DNA from: Malacoraja senta
Lineage: Eukaryota
NCBI GenBank assembly: GCA_038087875.1
Contig: CM075991.1
Location: forward strand, 13,952,001 to 14,016,000
Reading direction: 5' to 3'
DNA length: 64,000 nt
The notes beneath the pieces are model-generated. The model saw only the letters and a program-made list of their open reading frames with translations. It did not search any database and was not told where the DNA came from. The position numbers and the translations under genes were made by a program. This document shows, piece after piece, positions 24,597-36,995 of the stretch (position 1 is its first letter; each line of letters opens with the position of its first letter).

Positions 24597-26890
24597 TCGT
24601 CTTTCCGTTGACGGGTTGGTACGCAACAAACACTTTTCACTGTAACTCGGTACACGTGACAATAAACTAAACGGAACTGAATTTGAAATGAAACCATTGG
24701 CGGGAAAATATTGGGCACTCAAAGTTTACCATGTTGCACGGACATTGTTTCCTTCATTCCTGTAACATTTGCCGACATTACTTATTGGTGAGTTCATGCC
24801 CCTGATACAGTATTAGATTCCATTGACTATCCAGAATCTATTAAAATCTTCAAGAAGGAACTGCAGATGCTGGAAAATCGAAGGTAGCCAAAATTGCTGG
24901 AGAAACTCAGCGGGTACGGCAGCATCTATGGAGCGAAGGAATAGGCAACGTTTTGGGCCGAAACCCATTGGGTTTCGGCCCGAAACGTTGCCTATTTCCT
25001 TCCGAAACGTTGCCTATTTCCTTCCGAAATGTTGCCTATTTCCTTCACTCCATAGATGCTGCCGTACCCGCTGAGTTTCTCCAGCAATTTTGTCCACCCT
25101 CTATTAAAACCTTCTACTCAGATAACCACGAAGCTCTTGACCATTGGAGAACATGGAGCAGTCCAGCACCGGAACAGGCCCTTCGGCCCACAATGTCCAT
25201 GCCGTGCATGATGCCAAGTTAAACTAATCACCTCTGCCTGCATATGATCCTTATCTCTCCATTCCTTGCGTGTCCATGGGCCGCCCTAAGAGCCTCTTAA
25301 ACACCACTCCTTGCAACACACTCCAGACCCCACCACCTTCTGCATAAAAGGCAGCATGTAGACGCAGCGGTAAGGTTGCTGCCTTACAGCGCTTGCGGCG
25401 TCAGAGACCCAGGTTCGATCCCGACTACGGGTGCGTGTCTGTACGGAGTTTGTACGTCCCCCCTCCCCCCGTGACCTGCGTGGGTTTTCTCCGGGATCTT
25501 CGGGTTCCTCCCACACTCCAAAGACGTCCAGGTTTGTAGGCTAATTGTCCCTTGTGTGGGTGGGATAGTCTTATTGCGTGGGGATGGCTGGTCTTCGCGG
25601 ACTCGGTGGGCCGAAGGGCCTGTTTCCGCGTTGTACCTGTGAACTAAACAAGGAACAGTACAGCACAGGGACAGGCCCTTCGGCCCACTATGTCCGTGCT
25701 GTGCATGACACCAAGTTAAACTAATCACCGCTGCCTGCCCGTGATCCGTATCCCCCCCATTCCCTTCATGTCCATGTGCTGACCTACAAGCCTCTGAAAC
25801 AGCAATATCGTATCTGCCTCCACCACCCCTTGCAACATATTCCAGGCCCCCACCACCCTCTGTGTGAAAAGTGTACCACACACATCTCCTGACTACCCAT
25901 GTGTTCTCTCTCCATTTAAGGTTATTTTGTGCTGTTCACTTTACAATCCACAGCAAGCATTGTATTGCACCATCTTTCTGTGGACTGATGCCTCGAAATT
26001 GGAGCCATTAATGTCCGCCCTTCAAGTGCTCTTTGCACCAAGTAGATTGTGCAGGCCATCATCGCCCGATGAAATCATGACCATCGCAAGATAGTATTAC
26101 TGGGTACAACTTCTTGCCCGCGAGTCTGAGTCTTGCTCAACACCAGAAACGTATAGTGACGTCAAAGGCTTCACCCTTCCCCCCCCCCCCCCCCCACCCC
26201 CCGGCACTGGGTAATTCAGACTCACCCTGGGGAGGGTACGGCTGTTTTGCTTTGGCTTCAGAGCGTGGAAACAGGCCCTTCGGCCCGCCAAGTCCATGCC
26301 GACCAACGATCACCCGTACACTTGTTCTATCCTGCACCCTTGGGACTATTTACAGAAGTTGATTAACCTACAGACCCGCACATCTTTGGAACATCGGAGG
26401 AAACCGGAGCACCCGGAGAAAACCCACGCAGGTCACGGGGAGAACGTACAAACTCCGTACAGACAGCACCCGTAGTCAGGATGGAACCTGGGTCTCTGGC
26501 GCTGTGAGGCAGCAACTCTACCGCTGCGCTACCGTGCCACACTGTTGTGTGACAGACACAAGGAGCAGACTGACCCGAGATTACCAGGGAGCCAGGAATG
26601 AAAGAGTCTCCATTCTCAGTAAAACACAAAGTGCTGGAGGAACTCTGCGGGCCAGGCAGCATCCCGGGAGGCAATGGGCAGCCGACAGTTCAGGTCAGGG
26701 CCCTTCTCTACAAAACGATCAGATTGAGCCTCCATTCTCACACCCATGCACTGCACACAACATCTGTCAGCATCAGGATATAAAGTTCATGCTGTATACC
26801 ACTTCATTGTTTAGTCTACCAAAGATAAGCCCTTTATTTGTAGCTCCTTGCTGCTCATACTGTGAAAGTGCCTCATTGACCCTACTGCTG

Positions 26891-27288
26891 GTACAGGCCC
26901 ATGGGGTACAGGCCCATGGGGTACAGGCCCATGGGGTACAGGGCCATGGGGTACAGGCCCATGGGGTACAGGCCCATGGGGTACAGGGCCATGGGGTACA
27001 GGCCCATGGGGTACAGGCCCATGGGGTACAGGGCCATGGGGTACAGGCCCATGGGGTACAGGCCCATGGGGTACAGGCCCATGGGGTACAGGGCCATGGG
27101 GTACAGGCCCATGGGGTACAGGCCCATGGGGTACAGGCCCATGGGGTACAGGGCCATGGGGTACAGGCCCATGGGGTACAGGCCCATGGGGTACAGGGCC
27201 ATGGGGTACAGGGCCATGGGGTACAGGCCCATGGGGTACAGGGCCATGGGGTACAGGGCCATGGGGTACAGGCCCATGGGGTACAGGG
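26891..27288. repeat. 15-bp minisatellite GTACAGG(C/G)CCATGGG, 26 full units plus a partial unit
   Basis: Read directly; only one position varies. Confidence 0.97.
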
Positions 27289-27349
27289 GTAAGCGATATG
27301 ACTGAACCCCACTGGCACAGACCATGAAGTGCAGGGAGTGGGAGGTGGC

Positions 27350-28160
<811 letters not shown>

Positions 28161-29510
28161 AGTACAGTGTTAACTCCCCCACTATTTGCCTCCTCTTCAA
28201 ACAGGAATGAAATGAACAACGTTATAATGTTATTATCTGGGACAGTCCAATCACTGACCTTACTGATTTAACCCACAAGATGGTGGCAGTGGTGGACAGA
28301 GGACAGGATCGGTGTGGGTGAGTGGACTGGGGGCTCACCAGCCTCTAGGAGGCGCTCTGGAGGTTCTGCGGTCGGCCGCAGGAGCTGGGTTTTCTCCGGG
28401 TGCTGCGGTTTCCTCCCACATTCCAAAGACGTGCGGGTTTGTAGGTTATTTGGCCTTCTGTAAATTGCCCCTAGTGTGTCGGATGGAACTAGTGGACGGG
28501 TTCAAGTGAGGCGTCCGTGGGTCGAGGTGTGGAGTGGAGTGGAGTGGGCCGCTGGAGGCCCCTCAGCAACCGGGGGGGTCGCGTGGGTCGGGCCCCGCTG
28601 GAGGCCCCACAGAGGTCGGGGACGAGCGAGCGAATCGGACGCGGCCTGCAGCGGCACGGAGCGGCGGTGGAGGTCACCAACACCATCGCCAGGCAAGGCC
28701 GACCCCTGAACTCCGACCCAGGGCCATCGCCAAGACAACAGGTCTATAAGGCCAAGATAAAACTCAATATTTTTAAGAACTTGGATACAAGTTGGCTCAG
28801 GAAACGTGGCGACTCTGTGTAGTTCCTTAGTGCAATCTATTATTCTTACACCACAATCATTGCACTTTAGTATTTATGTTTTCCTATTTTCTATGATTCT
28901 ATGAATGATTATGCTCGTGAAGGGTAAGATTTTACTGAATTATATGCAAAAATAATGTTATTGTATCTAGTTACATGTGACAAAAAAGCACCTTTGAACC
29001 ATTGAATTCGTAAGTTCATAAGTGACAGGAGCAGAATTAGACCATTCTGCCCATCAAGTCTACTCCGCCATTCAATCATGGCTGATCTATCTTTCCCTCT
29101 CAACCCCATTCTCCTGCCTTCTCCCCACAACCCCTGACACCCGCACTAATCAAGAATCTATCAATCCCGCCTTAAAAATATCCATTAAATCGGCCTCCAC
29201 AGCCTTCTGTTGCAATGAAATCCACAGATTCACCACCCTCTGACTAAAGAAATTCTTCCTCATCTCCTTCCTAAAGGTACATCCTTTTCATCCTGAGGCT
29301 ATGACTCTGGTCCTAGACTCTCCCACTAGTGGGGTTCCTTCCTGGTATTCCACAACATCCCATACCAGCTCACTTCCATTGCTGTTACCAAGGCACCTTT
29401 TACAATGATGCCCACCGCTGGCTCTTCCAACATCCGACACCCTTTCCTCATTGCCCCTCAGCAACTACACCCTCTTCCGACTCTTCACCATGGGAAACCT
29501 GCAGCTCATG

Positions 29511-29900
29511 GAAACATACAAAAATAGGTGCAGGAGTAGGCCATTCGGCCCTTCGAGCCAGCACCGCCATTCAATATGATCATGGCTGATCATCCCCAAT
29601 CAGTATCCCGTTCCTGCTTTCTCTCCATATCCCTTGATTCCGTTAGCCCTAAGAGCTAAATCTAACTCTCTCTTGAAAACATCCAGTGAATTGGCCTCCA
29701 CTGCCTTCTGTGGCAGAGAATTCCACAGATTCACAACTCTCTGGGTGAAAACATCCAGTGAATTGGCCTCCACTGCCTTCTGTGGCAGAGAATTCCACAG
29801 ATTCACAACTCTCTGGGTGAAAACGTGTTTCCTCATCTCAGTCCTAAATGGCCGACCCCTTATTCTTAAACTGTGTGACCCCTGGTTCTGGACTCCCCCC
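29511..29900 (-). mobile_element. CR1 LINE 3' fragment with an internal 72-bp tandem duplication
   Basis: VFTQRVVNLWNSLPQKAVEANSLD occurs twice. Confidence 0.85.
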
Positions 29901-29976
29901 CCCCCTCAAGGCTCTCCGCTGGAAATACCAGGCATGCTTTCTAAAGTCACCTGATTGCAGATCATTTAGGGATCGT

Positions 29977-30150
29977 CTTCTTATCGGGTCCACACACAAG
30001 ATTAGAAGTTGTTCAGCCAGAGCTGAATACACTTCTCGGCATCGGCTTACAATGGTGTCTATCTTGTGCTTCTTGTGCTTCTTGTGCCTGGTGGTGGTGG
30101 AAAGATTGGTGGAAACAGGGCCGCGACGTGAACGCTCTTTCCTTGACCCC
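29977..30150 (-). mobile_element. 174-nt non-autonomous retroposon headed by an HDV-like ribozyme, AAG tail, 13-bp TSD
   Basis: Perfect direct repeats atttagggatcgt at 29964-29976 and 30151-30163. 3' end ...ggacccgataagaag. A second copy lies at 24447-24596. Confidence 0.8.
30099..30150 (-). ncRNA. Minimal HDV-like (CPEB3-type) self-cleaving ribozyme motif, P4 absent
   Basis: GGGGUC AA GGAAAGA GCG UUCACGU CGC GGCCCU G UUUCCA CCAA UCUUUCC. P1 GGGGUC/GGCCCU with G1-U wobble, P2 GGAAAGA/UCUUUCC, P3 GCG/CGC, L3 UUCACGU, J4/2 CCAA. Confidence 0.8.
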
Positions 30151-31491
30151 ATTTAGGGATCGTGAAGCCAAACCAACACTGGTTTTGCACGCAACACCGA
30201 AACAAATCCAATCTAATTTTCTTTGCATGTCTGTGCGATCACCTTTCGCTATCTCTATCACTCTCAGGGCCTGAGCTTCATTTGGCTGGGGTTTTTGTAC
30301 TTTGTTTTTAGCTTTTTACTTTCCCCATTATCTGTTGAATTATCCATGCCTTTTCTTGGCTAAGTGGAGCACTCAACCCTGGGGCCTGTAATTAGACTCT
30401 GCATCGCGTTAAATCCCTTCTTGAAGTCGCGGTGCCGACCTGCGGTTATCAATCTGTTGGTAGATTTACCGAGACGCCTGTAGACGGGATCGCTCGCACG
30501 CCAGTACACTCATCCCAAAGTCAATCTGGGATTGACCAGGCCCACACTGACCTTTCTGTCCTGGGCCTCCTCCACTGTCAGAGTGAGGCCCAGCGCAAAT
30601 TGGAGGAACAGCACCTCATATTTCCGGACTGGAGTGGGGAGAAGGAGGAATGACTGGGGCAGGACAAGTCTTTGATATGAAGCTTGCAGTGTTACAGCTT
30701 CCTAGCTCCTGGGACCTGGGTTCGATTCTGACCTTGGCTGCAGTCTATGTGGGAATTCCATATTCTGCCTCTGACCGCAAGGATTTCCGCTGGAAATTCC
30801 TGTTTCTTCTCGTTCCAAAGATGTGTGGGCAGTGGGCAAGTTAATTGGCAACTATAACTGACCTCTTCCTGTACATAACAACAGAGAGACAGAGAGAGAG
30901 ACAGAGAGAGAGAGAGAGACAGAGAGAGAGAGAGAGAAAAAAAAAAAAAAAAGAGAATAGAATATTCTTTTAGTTTTGTTTATACTGTGGGGAACCAAAC
31001 CCTTCGGCCCACTGAGTCCATGCCGACCAGCGATCATCTACACTCTAGCACTATCCTACACACTAGGGACAATTTTTACAGAAGCCAAATAACCTACAAA
31101 CCTGTACGTCTTTGGAACGTGGGAGGAAACCGGAGCACCCGGAGGAAACCAACGCGTAGAATGTACAAACTCCGTATAGACAGCACCTGTAGTCAGGATC
31201 GAACCCGGGTCTCTGGCGCTGTGAGGCTGCAACTCTACCACTGCGCCACCATGTTAGGCCGATGGATCTGTTTCGATTTCATCCACAGCAACCAAGTGCC
31301 CAAACAAGGTGGTTCCAATATCCTCATTGACCTATATCCCTTCTGCCTTTGATAAAAAGCTACATGGGCCAATTGTCTCTAATGCTACAACTGCATAACT
31401 TTTGTTACAGCAGTAAAAGTCATGGCGGACACAGATAGACCAAGCTGATGCACTGATATATCGATTCCATATCCACTTATCACTTGCCTGC

Positions 31492-32037
31492 GCCAAGCGC
31501 ACGCTGAGCGATCGTTTCGCTGAACACTTCCGCTCAGTCCGCTTAAACCTACCAGATCTCCCAGTTGCTAAACAATTTAACTCCCCCTCCCATTCCCACA
31601 TTGACCTTTCTGTCCTGGGCCTCCTCCATTGTTAGAGTGAGGCCCAGCGCAAATTGGAGGAACAACACCTCAAATTTTGCTTGGGTAGCTTACACCCCAG
31701 TGGTGTGAACATTGGCTTCTCTAACTTCAAGGCGCCCTTGCTTTCCCTCCCTCTCCATCCCTTCCCTCTCCCCCAGTTCTCCAACCAGTCTCACAGTCTC
31801 TGACTACATTTTATCTCTGTGTGCTTTGTTGTCACCTTCTCCCAGCTACCAACGATCTATTCTACACTCTCCTTGATCTACATTCCCTTTGTCCTATTTT
31901 CACACCTTGCACTTCCTTATCTATATATCTCCCTCCACCTGACATCAGTCTGAAGAAGGGTCTCGACCCGAAACATCACCCATTCCTTCTCTCCAGAGAC
32001 GCAGCCTGTCCCGCTGAGTTACTCCAGCATTTTTTGT
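31492..32037 (+). mobile_element. Penelope-like element 3' fragment (degenerate GIY-YIG C-terminus plus pseudo-LTR)
   Basis: KRTLSDRFAEHFRSVRLNLPDLPVAKQFNSPSHSHIDLSVLGLLHC*SEAQRKLEEQHL..., then a CT-rich UTR and ctgaagaagggtctcgacccgaaacatc at 31950. Confidence 0.82.
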
Positions 32038-32489
32038 CTCTTCCCACTTCTCTTTTCCTGCTTTCCTCCCACACTCCAAAAACGTGCAGGCTTGTAAGTT
32101 AATTGGCTTTGGTAAAAATTGTAATTTGTCCCAAGTGTGTGAAAGGATAGTGCAAGTGTGCAGGGAGATCGCTGTTCGATGCAGCCTCGATGGGCCGAAG
32201 GGCCTGTATCTCTATAGTCCAAAGTCTGTAGTCTAAAGCTCTTTGGGTCTAGATGTAAACAATAGCATGATACTAGTTAGAAGAAATGCCAGAAATATTT
32301 CCACTAACATCCACGCCGTTATTTATTTCCCAACCAACGCTTCCATAAGGGCTGATACGATTACTGTCTCACTGGCATGTACAAATTGGCAAGATTTACA
32401 AATTCACTCATTGCAAGAGAAATTGCTTGGTTGCAAACTATTTGGGGTCGTCCAGATATTGTGCATTAATGAAGTGTATTAATACTTGT

Positions 32490-32815
32490 TTTAGTTTAGT
32501 TTAGAGATACAGCACAGAAACAGGCCCTTCAGCCCACCGAGTCCGTGCCGACCAGCGATCCCCGCACATTAACACTATTCGGCACTCACTCGGGACAATT
32601 TTAATTTTTTTTACACCAAGCCAATTAACCGACAAACCTGCGCGTCTTTGGGAGTGTGGGAGGAAACCGAAGATCTCGGAGAAAACCCACTATGTATCTA
32701 TGTATCTATGTACAAACTCAGTACAGACAGCACCTGTGGTCGGGGTCGAACCTGGGTCTCTGGCGCTGTAAGCGCTCTAAGGCAGCAACTCTACCGCTGC
32801 GCCACCGTGCCACCC
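32490..32815 (-). mobile_element. HE1-like V-SINE
   Basis: Head, V core and (ttagt)n tail. Confidence 0.8.
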
Positions 32816-33464
32816 CAGCCGTTCCCCTGTGTTCCCTGTTCCCCTATGAGTCTGAGGAAGGGTCTCGTCCCGAAACGTCACCCATTCCTTCCCTCCAGAG
32901 ATGCTGCCTGTCCCGCTGAGTTACTCTGGCATTTTGTGATACGCTGGCCCTATGATTCATTATTGGTCACAAAACAAAGGCTCTATTGAGAGCAGAAGAC
33001 TTGTTCCGCGGGATGAAACGACCAGAATATAACCTGTTCGCTGCTCTCCCTTCCCCAATTAGGTGATCTGTATCTGGTGGCTTGCCTGATGACAATCAGG
33101 TCGGAATGTGTGGACTCTGCTAGTTACAGGTGGGGACTTGGAACCTTGGTGTTCAGAGAACACAATGCAGGTTGTTTTAAATCAGCAGGTGGATCTTAAG
33201 ACATACTTTGATAGATGAGATCACAACCTCATTCCTCACATAACTTTAATTTAGTTTAATTTATTATTATCACCACCAGGGAGGGTGTCGAACAAGATGA
33301 CATGTTTACAAAATATGAGGCTTAATCGAGTCATTCCATCTTGGCCGATCTATTTTTCCCTCTCAAAATCCCATTCGCCTGCTTCTCCCCACAACCCCTG
33401 GCGCCCTTTACTAATCAAGAATCTATCAATCTCTGCTTTAAAAATACCCAATGATTTGTAGGTC

Positions 33465-34295
33465 AGTGGGCGGCGCGACTTTTCGTTGCAGCGGCCTCTG
33501 CAGTCCGTCTGTCTTTTTATTATTTTTGTCTCGTTTTTATGTAGTTTTTATTATTTTTTTTTGTCGGGGTATGTGTGTGGGGGGGTGGGGGTTGCGGGTG
33601 GGGGTGGGTGTGGGGGGGGGAAACTTTAAAATCTTTCCGCTGCATGGGAGACCCGACCTTTTCTTTGTCGGGTCTCCGTTGTCGTTGGGGCTGGGCAACG
33701 TGGAGCGGCCTCCAGCAGGAACGACCTGGGGCTCCCGTGGAGCTGCGGACTGCTCGCCGTCGCGGGGCTGGCCGAGTCCGGAGCGGGTGGAGCTGTGGTG
33801 GAGACAATCGCTGCTGCGACCCGACCGCCGGAGATTCGGAGGCTACAACCGCGGGTCTGGCGGACGGCAACACTGGAAGCCCGCGGTTCCCCTGGTGGGA
33901 GACTGCTTTTCGGGGCTTCCGCAGCGGCGACTTCTCCCGCCCGAGTTGCGGGGTTGAAGAGCACCTGGAGCGGGGCTGCCGGACTTGCGCCGGGGCTCTA
34001 ACACCAAGACCCGGTGCGCGACCTTGCATCACCCGGCGTGGCTTTAATGGCTGCGGGATAATCACCATCGCCCGCCGGGGGCTTTGACTTTGACTCTGAC
34101 ATCGGGGGGGGGGGGAGTGCAGTGGAGAGATACGTTATTTTTGCCTTCCATCACAGCGTTGTGATGGATGTATGTGTAAATTGTGTTGTGTCTCGGGTCT
34201 TCTTTGTTTTGTATTGTATGGCTGCAGAAACGACATTTCGTTTGGACCTCAAGGGGTCCAAATGACAAATTTGTCCCTCAAAAGACAAATTGAAT
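33465..34295 (+). mobile_element. GC-rich non-coding retroposon (related head; 3' part also at 59452-59674)
   Basis: Shares gccttccatcacag...gatggatgt with 1100-1150 and 59510-59555. Confidence 0.6.
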
Positions 34296-34824
34296 TGGAA
34301 TTGGTAGATGAGGTGAGGAGAAATTTCCTGTCTCAGATGATGGCGGATTTCTGGAATTCCTGGCTGGATCATTCAATAAATCTAGGGTGGAGGTGGAGAT
34401 GGAGATGGGGAGAAATGGGGTTGAGAGGGAGAGATAGATCAGCCATGGTTGAATGGGGGAGTAAACTTGATGGGCCCAATGGCCTAATTCTGCCTCTCGA
34501 ACGTATGAGCAATAGCGGTGTTTGAGAGGCTTTTAGATAGGCACATGGAAGTATGGGGAATGGAGGGATACGGATCATGTGCTGGCCGGTCAGTTTAACT
34601 TGGCATTATGCTCAGCACAAAGATTGTGGGCCGAAGGGCCTGTTCCTCTGCTGTACACTTCTATGTCTCTGCCTAATCTCGGCCTAAACAAGTGAGTCTG
34701 ATGAACATTTGCCCAAGATACCACAAAAGTTATAACGTCCTGGCAAATTTGCAGGGAGTGAATTGTGGACGCAGCCCAGACCATCACACAAACCAAACTC
34801 CCTTCCACTGAAGATAGACACAAA

Positions 34825-35335
34825 TAGACAATAAACAATAGGTGCAGGAGTAGGCCATTCGGCCCTTCGAGCCAGCACCGCCATTCAATGTGATCATGGC
34901 TGATCATCCCCAATCAGTACCCCGTTCCTGCCTTCTCCCCATATCCCCTGACTCCACTATCTTTAAGAGCCCTATCTAGCTCTCTCTTGAAAGTATCCAG
35001 AGAACCTGCCTCCACCACCCTCTGAGGCAGCGAATTCCACAGACTCACCACTCTCTGTGAGAAAAAGTGTTTCCTCATCTCCGTTCTAAATGGCTTACTC
35101 CTTTATTCTTAAACTGTGGCCCCTGGTTCTGGAGTCCCCCAACATCAGGAACATGTTTCCTGCCTCTAGCATCTCCAATCCCTTAATAATCTTACATGTT
35201 TCAATAAGATGCCCTCTCATCCTTCTAAATTCCAGAGTATACAAGCCCATTCTCTCAGCATATGACAGTCCCGCCATCCTGGGAATTAACCATGAACCTA
35301 CGCTGCACTCCCTCAATAGCAAGAATGTCCTTCCT
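34825..35335 (-). mobile_element. CR1 LINE 3' fragment
   Basis: LIPRMAGLSYAERMGLYTLEFRRMRGHLIETCKIIKG...RTRGHSLRI plus tail. Confidence 0.85.
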
Positions 35336-35461
35336 CAAAGTGCTGGAGTAACTCAGCGGTACAGGCAGCATCTCTGGAGAGAAGGAATGGGTGACGTTCC
35401 GGGTCGAGACCCTTCTTCAGACCGAAGCCAATTCACCTACAAACCTGCAGTTCCTTCCTAC

Positions 35462-36085
35462 ACACTCCCGTCCACTGACTCCATTTACACCCCACGCTGC
35501 CTCGGCAAGGCCAGCAACATCATCAAGGACCAGTCTCACCCCGGTCACTCCCTCTTCTCCCCTCTCCCATCGGGCAAGAAGTACAGAAGTGTGAAAACGC
35601 ACACCTCCGGATTCCAGGACAGTTTCGTTCATGCTATTATCAGGCAACTGAACCATCCTACCAACAACTAGAGAGCGGTCTTGAACTACTATCTTTGATC
35701 GGACTTTACTGGCTTTACCTTGCACCTTTACCAGAGCCCAGCCTGTGAATGCGGAGCAGAACAACAGACAGCCAACCATGTCATCTCTGGGTGCCCGCTC
35801 TACCACCCACCAAATGGAGCTGTGTCAGGGCCTGGCAGACATTGACGCCAACAGAGACAACAACCTGGCTGCTCAACACCCGGCTTGAGGTCGAACTATT
35901 CCTTTGGTCTATTTATGATTCATTCACAAGAAGACCTTGCACTAAACGTTATTCCCTTATCATGCATCTGTACACTGCGAATGACACGATTGTAATCATG
36001 TGTTGTCTTGCCGCTGGCTGGATAGCACGCAACAAAAGCTTTCCACACTACCTCGTTACACGTGACCACAAACTAAACTGAAACT
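35462..36085 (+). mobile_element. Rex1/Babar-type LINE 3' fragment interrupted by a Vingi-like insertion
   Basis: LPSTDSIYTPRCLGKASNIIKDQSHPGHSLFSPLPSGKKYRSVKTHTSGFQDSF...IRQLN, tail cacgtgaccacaaactaaactgaa. Confidence 0.8.
35726..35933 (+). mobile_element. Vingi/Ingi-like LINE 3' fragment with 9-bp TSD
   Basis: SPACECGAEQQTANHVISGCPLYHPPNG (CCHC-type knuckle), tail cacaagaag, TSD accttgcac at 35717-35725 and 35934-35942. Confidence 0.65.
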
Positions 36086-36442
36086 GGACACGCTAGAGGC
36101 AGGAAACATGTTCCCGATGTTGGGGGAGTCCAGAACCAGGGGCCACAGTTTAAGAATAAGGAGTAAGCCATTTAGAACGGAGACGAGGAAACACTTTTTC
36201 TCACAGAGAGTGGTGAGTCTGTGGAATTCTCTGCCTCAGAGGGAGGTGGAGGCAGGTTCTCTGGATACTTTCAAGAGAGAGCTGGATAAGGCTCTTAAAA
36301 ATAGCGGAGTCAGGAGATATGGGGAGAAGGCAGGAACGGGGTAGTGATTGGGGATGATCAGCCATGATCACATTGAATGGCGGTGCTGGCTCGAAGGGCC
36401 GAATGGCCTACTCCTGCACCTATTGTCTATTGTCTATTGTCT
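36086..36442 (+). mobile_element. CR1 LINE 3' fragment
   Basis: MFPMLGESRTRGHSLRIRSKPFRTETRKHFFSQRVVSLWNSLP with (tattgtc)n tail. Confidence 0.85.
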
Positions 36443-36677
36443 AACTGTGATTGTCCCGATGGGCAGGGAGTAATGGGGGAAGATTTTGAGTGATTTTAGT
36501 TTGTCCAAAAGCAGCACGAGGCTGCCTGAACAGTGGCAGGGCCACAGGATAATCTAAACTGTCCTCTGTACATCCCGGCCATGAGAGAGGCTGGCCTTTC
36601 ACCAACCATCTCACAACTGGACCAGGAGCAAGTCATTCCCAATCCCAAGGGACCACCAAAGAGCTGTGGTTTCGTTA

Positions 36678-36995
36678 TTTTAGTTCAGAGATACAGCGCG
36701 GAAACAGGCCCTTCGGCCCACCGAGCCCGCGCCGACCAGCGATCCCCGCGCATTAACACAACACATACACACACTAGGGACAGTTTACACATACCAGTTA
36801 TACAAACCCAAGCCAGTTAACCAACAAACCTGCACATCTGTGGAGTGTGGGAGGAAACCGAGGATCTCGGAGAAAACCCACGCGGTCACGGGGAGAACGT
36901 ACAAACACCGTACAGACAGCACCCGTGGTTGCGATCGAACCAGGGTCTCTGGCGCTGTAAGGCAGCAACTCTACCGCTGCGCCACCGTGCTGCCC
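36678..36995 (-). mobile_element. HE1-like V-SINE
   Basis: Head, V core and tail. Confidence 0.82.

Noticed and set aside
26891..27288. CRISPR-like array
   Set aside because: Contiguous tandem units without unique spacers, no cas genes, vertebrate context.
29905..30330. Open frame restored by removing the ribozyme element (IEIAKGDRTDMQRKLDWICFGVACKTSVGLASRSLNDLQSGDFRKHAWYF)
   Set aside because: No recognisable homology or convincing splice sites; short enough to arise by chance.
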